NCBI GenBank assembly: GCA_965216315.1
Contig: CBDCFN010000015.1
Coordinates: 256,001 to 320,000, forward strand
Reading direction: 5' to 3'
From: a bacterium
GTDB lineage: Bacteria > UBA10199 > 2-02-FULL-50-16 > JAJFLM01
DNA length: 64,000 nucleotides
Shown one piece after another: positions 39,635-47,653 of the stretch. The position numbers and the translations under genes were made by a program. The notes under the pieces are model-generated. The model did no database searches, was not told where the DNA came from, and saw nothing but the letters and a program-made list of their open reading frames with translations. Numbering within the stretch: position 1 is the stretch's first letter; each line of letters begins with the position of its first letter.

Positions 39635-42600
39635 TTACAAACCGTACTTCACAATCGCGGCTCGAATCGCCTCCGTGTCCCGTGCAATGCCCAGTTGTTC
39701 CATTTTCGTATAAAGATGCCGCCGTGAAATGCCCAAAGCCTCGGCAGCATGCCCCCGATGAAAACCATTATCACGGATCGCCAGCAAGATCTTCGCCGCC
39801 TCCGGATCGACTGGAGCGGTCGCTTTAGCCTTGGCCTTGCTCTTCACTTGGGCACTTCGTTTAGCGGCACTCCCCGATGCCAGCGCCTGCTTGAACTGCA
39901 TGGAATTCGGGACAATGACATTATCTTCCGCAAAGAGAACCGCCGTTTCGAGCGTATTTTGCAGTTCGCGAATATTCCCCGGCCAGTCATAGTTCATTAG
40001 TAAAGCCAAAGTCATCGGGTCCAATTGCGCGACTTCGCTTTTCTGACGTTCAGCTATTTGTTTGAGAAAATGATCCGCGAGTAACGGCAAGTCTTCCATG
40101 CGGTCACGCAAGGGTGGCAACGTCACTGTCACGCCATTGAGACGATAAAACAGGTCTTCACGAAATTCGCCACTCTCGACCAGCTCATGAAGATCCCGAT
40201 TACTGGCTGAAACCACCCTGACATCGACCTTAATGAGCTGATTCGAACCCAACGGACGAATCTCTCCTTCCTGTAAAAAGCGCAGCAACTTCGCCTGGAG
40301 GTTGAGGCTCATATCGGCAATCTCATCGAGAAAAACGGTCCCGCCATCCGCATAATGCAACATGCCTTTTTTATCGGATGTCGCATGCGTAAACGCGCCC
40401 TTCTTATGACCGAATAGTTCCGATTCCATCAGATTCTCGGGCAAAGCTGAGCAGTTCTCCGTTACGAAGGGCTTATTTTTTCGCAAGCTATTAAAGTGCA
40501 GGGCCCGTGCAATCGACTCCTTACCGGTCCCCGATTCACCATGAATCCACACCGGGATCTTCGCCTCCGTGATGCGATCCACCATGGCCAGCACTTGGAC
40601 CATCTTGGGAGAACGCCCGATAATGTCCGAATACTTATTTTGGAGCACGGCCCGAGATTCTTTAAGTTCCCGCGCCATCAACTCGACCTGTGAATTTTGA
40701 TCCGTAACCTGCTCAGTGAGATCGGCATTCTGAGCCTGAAGGGAAGCAATCATGGCTTCTTTCTGGAGCGCAATCGCGGCAATCCCCACAAAGGTTTTTA
40801 AGGCCTCTAAGACAGCTCCTTCAAACAATCCCTGTTCAAAGCGATGATCCAAATAAAAAACACCGAGTATCCCGTCGCGGCTCTTCACGGGAAGAGCGAC
40901 GATCGATTTGAGCTGGTGAAGTTGTGTGCTTTTGGAATCACGGAAGCGCACATCTTCCAGGGCGTTATCCGTGATAACTTCTTCACCGGTTTGCAGCGCG
41001 CGCTTAACCGCCGAAAGGCTAAAGGCAAAGGCATCCGTCTCCAACTCTTCCTTATGGATATTGCGCGCGGCCGCCAAAGTGTATCCCGGCAACGGACCGG
41101 AATTCTGATCCGACCGAACGAGGAGAAAACCTGTCTCGGCCTGGGCTAGCTGCATCGCCGCCTCCATCAAGTCCTCTAAAACGGACTCCATGTTTTCTTC
41201 CATAAGCAACTTTTGATTGAGGTCGGACAGACCTTCCAAGATGTTTTTGAGTTCCATTGTATTCTCCACTGACGGTTCATTGGCATCGGAATCCGCTGCG
41301 ACCCACCTGCGGTAATCGTAGCGATCGACAAAGGATACCTGCAATCCCAATGAAAGTTCTTGATAAATTGTTGTTAATAGGCGGCGCACCGCATCACTCT
41401 CTCGAGTGCGACTCAGCCAGCGCAAAGCCAGCTCCCGATTCCAATAATGTTCCAAATCATCCGTATCAGGCTTGGCATCGGCCAATTGTAAATAGCGACC
41501 GTCACGCCATTCACCGATCAGGTCGCGGACCTCGCTGGCATAAACCGCTGCCGGGGCATAATCCGCTTCTAATCCCGCCAACTCGACAACGAGTTGATCG
41601 GCGACCTTAAAATTACCGACCGCCGCTTCGGCAATAGCACTGTGCCGCAGGTTTTCCGCGAGATCATTCGGGTTAGCGAGTAAGCGCAGGATCTCTTGGG
41701 CCTGCCGGAGCCGGCGCAAGGCCTCGTCAAGTTGACCGCGTTTGCGCGCCAGCACCCCTTGGTTGGTCCAAACGGAGGCTAAGAAAAGACCGTTCTTAAG
41801 TTGCCGCGCCAAATTCTCGGCGCGGGCTTGGGTGGCTTCGGCATCATCAACCGCGCCGTGGGCCTGGGCCAGGAGTCCGCGCTGTAAGAGCGTGGAAAAT
41901 TCTCCTTCGGTAAATCCCGCCTCATGATACAGCTGTTCCGCTTGTTGAAGGTGCTTGAGACTTGTCGCCCAGTCCCTCTCGTGCGCATCCGCTACGGCCA
42001 GGTTGCGGTAAATCTCGGCCCGATGGCGTCCCGCCGCCTCACAGAGGTCTAAGGCCCGATGAAAATGGGTACGGGCTGTCTCGGAATCGCCACGATCCAA
42101 GGCATTCATCGCCAACAGGGTGTGGGCGCGGGTTGCGAACGGCCGTTGTTCCACCTCAGGGCCCGCACTTTCAAGACAACGCTCAAGACGTTGCGTTGAC
42201 TCCGGGATGTCACCGAGATTGCGGTAATTTAAACCCGTCGTGAACCAATACTTTACTTGGCGCTCGCGTTGACTCTCATCAGTGGCATCGAGCTGCAACC
42301 ATTGCTCACAGTATTCGAGGGCCTCAGGATAACGACCGAGCGCATTAAGCAAATTAATCTTCAGCCGCAACAACCGTGATTGTTCAGCAGAATCCTTGAT
42401 GTAGGGAAAGGCGGCGTTGAGCAGCTCCAACCCTTCTTCATGCCGGCCACTTTCCATCATCGCCTGCCCCGTCACGAGCATACCGGCTGCTAGTTCCGTT
42501 TCGTCTCTTAAGCACAGGGCGTGATGCAGTCGCTGCCGGTTGGGATAGGGATTCGCTCGCAGTGCTTTGAGCCAGGCCTGGTGCCATGTGCGCTGTTCAC

Positions 42601-44305
42601 TCGCCTTCATTTCTTGCAGCAGGCCTTCGGCCAAGAACTCAAAGGCCAGTTGATAGCTATGGCGTGTCGGATCGTTGCGGATGAGATCACGCTCCAACAA
42701 AGACTGCAGGGACACATGAAAATCATGGATAGACCGCGGGGCGAGAACACTCAGGAGATCCCGTTGCGAAACCGGCGCCTGGGTCACGGCCAACGCATAA
42801 AGAATGCGCCGCTCTTTTGCAGTAACATGCCCCAAGCGCAGCAACAGCATATCTTGGAGGGACGAGAGCTGACTCAATGCGCGGTGGGCCTCGGGACTCA
42901 TACGTCCGCCGCGAATCGCCTTTTCTTCCTGCAAGATACCGACAACCTCCACCAGCATAAGCGGATTGCCCCCGGTTTTTTCAACGAGCTCCCGAACAAT
43001 GGCCTTTTCGAGATCATCACCCAATGCCGCGGTCAAAAATGACTGGCTCGTTGCCTCATCCAGGTTGTTCAGCTGAATTTCTTGAACATTTTCTTGCTTA
43101 ATAAAATAAGCGAAAAGGTCGCGCGCTTTTTGACTGAGACCGTCATCATTCCACTCGAGCACGATGAGGCGGCCCTGAAGGGGCACGCCCCCCTGGTTGA
43201 GCGAAAGCAAAGTCCCTAATTGGCTTTCAGGTAATTGCTCGAGGTCACGGAAGACATAGACCTGACGGGTTCCGTTGCCAACGCCTAAGTCATGGAGGCC
43301 GTTTCTTAATTCCAGCGCCGGAAATTCTTTGAGCGATACCTTCATCAAGGCGCATTCCACTTGAAACTCTCGCAAAAACCGGCTCTTGCCGACTCCGGTG
43401 ATGCCGTGAAGACAAAAGAGCTGGGAGCTCTCGTCTATTTGCTTCAATGCAGACATGATTTGATCAAAACCACCCTCGGCCCCATACATCTGTGCTGCGT
43501 GATACTCCTGACGAGTCGGTATAGACTCTTCCTTCTTTTCACCCAAGGCCGCCAAGACTTCCGCAGCCTGTGCGAACCGTTGATTCAGCTCCAGCGTGAT
43601 CATCCGATCGATGACGCGACAGGGACGCGGATAGGCCTTGCAGAGTTCCGGGGTTTGCTCAGCTAATAATGCCGGTTGCTTCGTGAGTAGCTCTCGCAAG
43701 TCACGGCAATCGCCACGTGGGTGTTGGCCTGACAAGGCTTCATAAAAAACCGTTCCCAATGAAAAGAGATCGCTCGCCGGCCTATTCAGGCCGCTAAAAC
43801 GTTCCGGAGCCACATAAGGAATCGTTGCCGCCTCCAATGGACGACTTTCAGTCGCGCGGCTTGCCAGTCCAAAATCCAACAGGCGTACATGTCCCGAATC
43901 ATCGATGAGTATGTTTTGTGGAGAAAGGTCCCCATGCAGAATCTCTTGCGCATGTAAGTAATCGAGTGCATCCAGACACTCTTTAAACCAGGTGAAAATA
44001 AGCTCAGGTTCCTGCCCGCGGGCCGCGCTCAAGATGTCACGCCCCTCGACATATTCCATCCAGTAGCAGGCCCCTTTATCTTCGCCAAAAATGGCCGCAC
44101 TCTCCCCCGTCACACCTAGAAAAGAGATGAGGTGGGTGTGCTGCAGCCGGCAAAGAAAGCGGACTTCTGCTTCGATGGACTCAGTATTCAGCGCGCGTTT
44201 GACGACCACCGCTTGCCCTTGCGGCGTATGCGCCAGATAGACCTCTCCCATCCCCCCGGCACCGAGCGGTCGGATCAACTCCCATCCTGATGCAACAGCC
44301 ACCAT
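39635..44305 (-). CDS. Hybrid Ser/Thr kinase-P-loop NTPase-TPR-GAF-sigma54 enhancer-binding protein (AAA+ and Fis-type HTH)
   Basis: LGAGGMGEV, HGDLSPQN, DFG, APE; GITGVGKS; TPR helices; GAF; GESGTGKE, GAFTHA, FLDEI, FREDLFYRL, WPGNIREL; C-terminal HTH. Confidence 0.93.
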   Translation of the reverse strand: MVAVASGWELIRPLGAGGMGEVYLAHTPQGQAVVVKRALNTESIEAEVRFLCRLQHTHLISFLGVTGESAAIFGEDKGACYWMEYVEGRDILSAARGQEPELIFTWFKECLDALDYLHAQEILHGDLSPQNILIDDSGHVRLLDFGLASRATESRPLEAATIPYVAPERFSGLNRPASDLFSLGTVFYEALSGQHPRGDCRDLRELLTKQPALLAEQTPELCKAYPRPCRVIDRMITLELNQRFAQAAEVLAALGEKKEESIPTRQEYHAAQMYGAEGGFDQIMSALKQIDESSQLFCLHGITGVGKSRFLREFQVECALMKVSLKEFPALELRNGLHDLGVGNGTRQVYVFRDLEQLPESQLGTLLSLNQGGVPLQGRLIVLEWNDDGLSQKARDLFAYFIKQENVQEIQLNNLDEATSQSFLTAALGDDLEKAIVRELVEKTGGNPLMLVEVVGILQEEKAIRGGRMSPEAHRALSQLSSLQDMLLLRLGHVTAKERRILYALAVTQAPVSQRDLLSVLAPRSIHDFHVSLQSLLERDLIRNDPTRHSYQLAFEFLAEGLLQEMKASEQRTWHQAWLKALRANPYPNRQRLHHALCLRDETELAAGMLVTGQAMMESGRHEEGLELLNAAFPYIKDSAEQSRLLRLKINLLNALGRYPEALEYCEQWLQLDATDESQRERQVKYWFTTGLNYRNLGDIPESTQRLERCLESAGPEVEQRPFATRAHTLLAMNALDRGDSETARTHFHRALDLCEAAGRHRAEIYRNLAVADAHERDWATSLKHLQQAEQLYHEAGFTEGEFSTLLQRGLLAQAHGAVDDAEATQARAENLARQLKNGLFLASVWTNQGVLARKRGQLDEALRRLRQAQEILRLLANPNDLAENLRHSAIAEAAVGNFKVADQLVVELAGLEADYAPAAVYASEVRDLIGEWRDGRYLQLADAKPDTDDLEHYWNRELALRWLSRTRESDAVRRLLTTIYQELSLGLQVSFVDRYDYRRWVAADSDANEPSVENTMELKNILEGLSDLNQKLLMEENMESVLEDLMEAAMQLAQAETGFLLVRSDQNSGPLPGYTLAAARNIHKEELETDAFAFSLSAVKRALQTGEEVITDNALEDVRFRDSKSTQLHQLKSIVALPVKSRDGILGVFYLDHRFEQGLFEGAVLEALKTFVGIAAIALQKEAMIASLQAQNADLTEQVTDQNSQVELMARELKESRAVLQNKYSDIIGRSPKMVQVLAMVDRITEAKIPVWIHGESGTGKESIARALHFNSLRKNKPFVTENCSALPENLMESELFGHKKGAFTHATSDKKGMLHYADGGTVFLDEIADMSLNLQAKLLRFLQEGEIRPLGSNQLIKVDVRVVSASNRDLHELVESGEFREDLFYRLNGVTVTLPPLRDRMEDLPLLADHFLKQIAERQKSEVAQLDPMTLALLMNYDWPGNIRELQNTLETAVLFAEDNVIVPNSMQFKQALASGSAAKRSAQVKSKAKAKATAPVDPEAAKILLAIRDNGFHRGHAAEALGISRRHLYTKMEQLGIARDTEAIRAAIVKYGL

Positions 44306-44331
44306 CGTGTTTCCGCGTCCCGTTGTGATGG

Positions 44332-44360
44332 TAGCACAAACTGTGACAAGATAGCACAAA
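44332..44360. promoter_or_regulatory. Candidate upstream activator (enhancer) sites
   Basis: TAGCACAAA direct repeat, 20-nt period; first copy in quasi-palindrome TAGCACAAACTGTGACA; 100-130 nt upstream of the predicted +1. Confidence 0.5.
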
Positions 44361-44433
44361 TTGACCCTCACAAGCTGTGCCAGTAACCGCCGGTAATTCG
44401 TTATTTTTTCAATAATTTCAAGGCAGTTCAGCT

Positions 44434-44449
44434 TGGCACACGACTTGCT
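44434..44449 (+). promoter_or_regulatory. Sigma54 (-24/-12) promoter
   Basis: TGGCAC-ACGAC-TTGCT, exact TGGCAC-N5-TTGCW; AT-rich tract just upstream; predicted +1 ~44460. Confidence 0.85.
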
Positions 44450-44459
44450 CTATAGACTC

Positions 44460-44705
44460 GCAACAGATCACACACACACAATGGTAAGCCGGCGGCAACG
44501 CCAAGATTAGTCTGGGGGGCTACCAGACACCCGCGTTACCGCCGGCACTTCCATTGAATTTTTTTGACTCGTGATCTTCTCCTCCGGCCTCGGCCGAGCC
44601 GGGAGACCGCACAGCACCCACGGTCCCCGGCACATTATTTTCCTTGGCTCTCGGTTCTGCCGGTCGACCGACCGCACCCCGGTCGTCCGGTAAACCGGAG
44701 CGAGG
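44460..44705 (+). ncRNA. Candidate sigma54-driven structured RNA/leader with three related hairpins
   Basis: Hairpins 44479-44556 (followed by T7), 44598-44631, 44642-44705; each has a GCCGG stem and a CACCC at or in the loop. Confidence 0.5.
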
Positions 44706-44727
44706 ACAACTAAAAAGGAGCCTCGTC

Positions 44728-45069
44728 ATGGAAATGGAAGAAGTCAGTCAAGTTACTTTGTTATCACATTACACCGAAGGGCGTGTCTCGCTCCAAGATG
44801 TCTGCGATCGACTCGGCATCCATCGCACCACCTTGTGGCGCAAACTCCAGCGGCTCAAGAAAGAAGGGCGGGAAGGCCTCGTTCACAAACTGAAGGGACG
44901 TCCTTCCAACAATGCGCGCCCCAAGGCAATTCAACAAGCGATCCGGGAATTATGGACAGAGAATTATTCTCGCACTGACATGAACATCACGCAATTCTAC
45001 CAACAAGTTGTCCGCGAGCTCGCACCGACATTGAGCTACTCAACCGTCTTGCGCTGGTTAAAAAAGTAA
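44728..45069 (+). CDS. Stand-alone HTH protein resembling the N-terminal DNA-binding region of ISNCY/IS481-like transposases; no DDE domain
   Basis: AAGGAG RBS; RLGIHRTTLWRKLQRLKKEGREGLVHKLKGRPSN...LSYSTVLRWLKK then stop. Confidence 0.75.
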   Translation: MEMEEVSQVTLLSHYTEGRVSLQDVCDRLGIHRTTLWRKLQRLKKEGREGLVHKLKGRPSNNARPKAIQQAIRELWTENYSRTDMNITQFYQQVVRELAPTLSYSTVLRWLKK

Positions 45070-45072
45070 ATC

Positions 45073-45117
45073 GTTGCAATTTTACTAAATCGCAACTCTG
45101 TGTGACGCGCACCGATA
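45073..45117 (+). promoter_or_regulatory. GTTGC-N14-GCAAC palindrome overlapping GCAAC-N15-CCGATA motif
   Basis: GTTGC 45073-45077, GCAAC 45092-45096, CCGATA 45112-45117. Confidence 0.55.
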
Positions 45118-45155
45118 ACAGGAATGTAAACTTTTTAACAAAAAGGAATTCAATT

Positions 45156-45623
45156 ATGGCTAAACAAGTCTCAAGTAAAAAAGTCTCCCAATGGATGGCC
45201 GATGCCCTGCGCGCGAATCCCAACACGCGACCGGAATGGTTAATCAAACAAGTCGCGATCAGTTGCAAGAGCAGTGAAAGAGAGTGTTTGAGTGCCTATC
45301 AAGAAGTTCGCGACAAGGTTGCAGAATACCGTGCGGCGCCGATAACTAAAAATTACACTGTGCGTTTGCAAATGGAACCGCCGACATCATCATCCCCTGA
45401 GCCTGCCGAAGGACAGCCCCTTGTCGTCAAAGAAGTCACCGTCGTCGGTGATCCCAACAATGCATTCCAGCACATTCAGCCTTTTCTGACACCAACGCCG
45501 GCGGCACCAACAAACAACGAACTCCCAAAGAATCCTTTTAAAATTGAATTAATGCCGCTGGAAACACCGACATCGGCACCAAACGCGTCTCTGCCGCCAC
45601 TTTCGACCGATCTTAATTTCTAA
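45156..45623 (+). CDS. Hypothetical protein, Pro/Thr-rich C-terminal half
   Basis: AAGGA RBS; 155-aa ORF; no recognised domain. Confidence 0.6.
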   Translation: MAKQVSSKKVSQWMADALRANPNTRPEWLIKQVAISCKSSERECLSAYQEVRDKVAEYRAAPITKNYTVRLQMEPPTSSSPEPAEGQPLVVKEVTVVGDPNNAFQHIQPFLTPTPAAPTNNELPKNPFKIELMPLETPTSAPNASLPPLSTDLNF

Positions 45624-45696
45624 TCACACTTAGTTTGGTTGCGTTTTTAATGAACGCAATCAAGTGGTTGTAATTTAACTTCATGGTCGTTTTCGG

Positions 45697-45722
45697 ACAA
45701 CCTCACCTCAATCACACCGATA
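45697..45722 (+). promoter_or_regulatory. Candidate promoter ACAAC-N15-CCGATA
   Basis: ACAAC 45697-45701, CCGATA 45717-45722. Confidence 0.55.
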
Positions 45723-45757
45723 AGTTTTTGTAAGACGCATCACTAACAGCGAAAGGA

Positions 45758-46381
45758 ATGATCATGGCGGATAAAGTTTCTGCGGGAGTTCAAGTCAACA
45801 AAGAAGGCGTCGTCATCACGACTGACGAGGGAACTGTCGAATCGAGAGTCGATGACAGAGAAAAATCTTGGGCCATGTCGGCGGATGTCATGGGTGGCAT
45901 CGGTCACGGAATTTATGTCGGACCCGGCTTTGATGCCTCGTACTGTGCACGGCTGAGTCGCAAACTCTGTTTGAATATGGGTCTCGGCATGTTCGGAAGT
46001 TTTGGTTCAGGACCGGTCGAACGAACCAAACATGCTGATGGGTCGATTTCGGATAGCGGTTCTGAATTGATGATGGTCCCCAACCTCCATGCCGGCGTCG
46101 TCTACCAATTGTCGCGTGCTATTGGTCTCGGTGGTCAGGCCCGCCTCGGCTATGCCCGCATCAATGGCCATTATGAAAATTTTGAACCGAACCGTTACAG
46201 TTACAAGGAATCCTACGTCGACACGGGGCTCTATCTCGAAGGAGCGGTGCGCTTATTAATCAATCTTTCAAGTTCCACCGGCCTCCACACTGATTTCGGC
46301 GTGAATTCATTCCCAGCCGCCGGTCCCGAAGGACGGCGCGGCGGCTTCATGGGCCGCATCGGGGGCCTATTCCGTTTTTAA
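45758..46381 (+). CDS. Putative small beta-barrel protein lacking a signal peptide
   Basis: About 8 amphipathic Gly/aromatic strands; C-terminal GGLFRF; start probably 45764. Confidence 0.6.
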   Translation: MIMADKVSAGVQVNKEGVVITTDEGTVESRVDDREKSWAMSADVMGGIGHGIYVGPGFDASYCARLSRKLCLNMGLGMFGSFGSGPVERTKHADGSISDSGSELMMVPNLHAGVVYQLSRAIGLGGQARLGYARINGHYENFEPNRYSYKESYVDTGLYLEGAVRLLINLSSSTGLHTDFGVNSFPAAGPEGRRGGFMGRIGGLFRF

Positions 46382-46382
46382 G

Positions 46383-47567
46383 TTATCCCTTGCTTTGAGG
46401 AGGTGTGAGCGGAAAGACCGATTCGTCGGGTAAGAAAATATCGTCGAGCTGCAGAAAACGCAGAAACTCTTCGCCGGTGACGTCTATGCCGAGGTCAATG
46501 CAATTGGCCTGCGGCACGCCGAGGCCGGTGGCGGTACTGGCGCATACAGCTTCGAAGGTCGTGGGAGGAATGGGTCCGGTAACTCCCGGTACAATATCAT
46601 CTGGCTCATCGAACTCGACCGTACTGTCGACTGAACCACTCCAAAAGGGATGAGCATCACGAAATCGGCCGATATACTTGATGAACTCTTGTTGAGGCAT
46701 TTCGGATGAAGAAAGGTCTTCGGTGAATTTGATGGTTTTGATCGCTTCGTGCTCCGTTGGACCTCGTTGCGTTAACTCGGTATGAGCCGAAAGTTCCTCA
46801 TTGAGCCGAACAAAGACAGTTGAAATGATATCTGCGGGGTCAACGAAATCATAGCTCCCTGCTATTTCAGTCAGCAAATTCACGAAACCACTGCCTTGTT
46901 CGCGGGCGCGGAATTGGCCGCTACCGCGTTCGCTCTCATCGGTCTCGGTATTGGGATCATCGCGAATCGCGAGACGGTCAAAGCGGCCGGCGACAAAGCG
47001 TTCAAAGTTCCCGTCACCATCGGGATCGCGCCAGATACGGTAACACACCGGTTTCAATTCTTCGACGGCCGCTTGGGTCGGACACTCGGCGAGGTCACAA
47101 CCGACCGGACACGTGCATCCGCTGCACCCTTGATTATCAAAGTCTGCAAAATCGAATTTAAGATGATCCTCGGGTGATTTTGTCTTGCCCTCAAAGCTCT
47201 TCACCTGTGGACTGACGGGAATATCCACCTCATCAAAAATACGGATCAGCACCTCAACAGCTTGCAGATTGATATCTACCACTATCGGACCCAACGCGAT
47301 AAAAAAGCTGAAGTCCTCCCCGACTTGCGCAAGGAGCGTTTGTAGTTCCTCGCCACTACTCGACAGGCTACTGCTATCAATACTGAGACTCTCAGGAAAC
47401 CGTAGGAAAGACGGAAGTTCGGCTGGTGGCGCCGGCGGCGTGGCAGGGATCGTCCCTTCACCACCTCCATCGCCGGGGACAGGAGCACTCGAGGAGGCAC
47501 AAGCCCCGAGCCCAATCAGACTCGTGAGCAGCCCCAAGAACAGGAGAATCCTTAGCCTTTTATGCAT
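46383..47567 (-). CDS. Hypothetical acidic lipoprotein
   Basis: MHKRLR + hydrophobic stretch + LGAC lipobox; CSGCTCPVGC cluster. Confidence 0.7.
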   Translation of the reverse strand: MHKRLRILLFLGLLTSLIGLGACASSSAPVPGDGGGEGTIPATPPAPPAELPSFLRFPESLSIDSSSLSSSGEELQTLLAQVGEDFSFFIALGPIVVDINLQAVEVLIRIFDEVDIPVSPQVKSFEGKTKSPEDHLKFDFADFDNQGCSGCTCPVGCDLAECPTQAAVEELKPVCYRIWRDPDGDGNFERFVAGRFDRLAIRDDPNTETDESERGSGQFRAREQGSGFVNLLTEIAGSYDFVDPADIISTVFVRLNEELSAHTELTQRGPTEHEAIKTIKFTEDLSSSEMPQQEFIKYIGRFRDAHPFWSGSVDSTVEFDEPDDIVPGVTGPIPPTTFEAVCASTATGLGVPQANCIDLGIDVTGEEFLRFLQLDDIFLPDESVFPLTPPQSKG

Positions 47568-47653
47568 GGCCCCTAGTACCTTAATGTAATGGTATCAAAT
47601 GCAAGTCCCGGTAGCTATCGCTCGCTTATATCTCTTTGATGCACTGTGATTTG

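Noticed and set aside
44367..44382. Second sigma54 promoter on the minus strand (TGGCAC-AGCTT-GTGAG)
   Set aside because: Lacks the conserved GC at -12.
44460..44705. Retron msr-msd, CRISPR mini-array or 6S RNA interpretation of the hairpins
   Set aside because: No reverse transcriptase or cas gene in the window, units are not identical repeats with spacers, and the fold is three separate hairpins rather than one rod.
44728..45069. Active insertion sequence
   Set aside because: No catalytic domain, terminal inverted repeats or target-site duplication found.
47616..47642. Minus-strand GCATC-N16-GCGATA upstream of the lipoprotein gene
   Set aside because: Mismatches in both halves plus off-modal spacing; too weak to count in the regulon.
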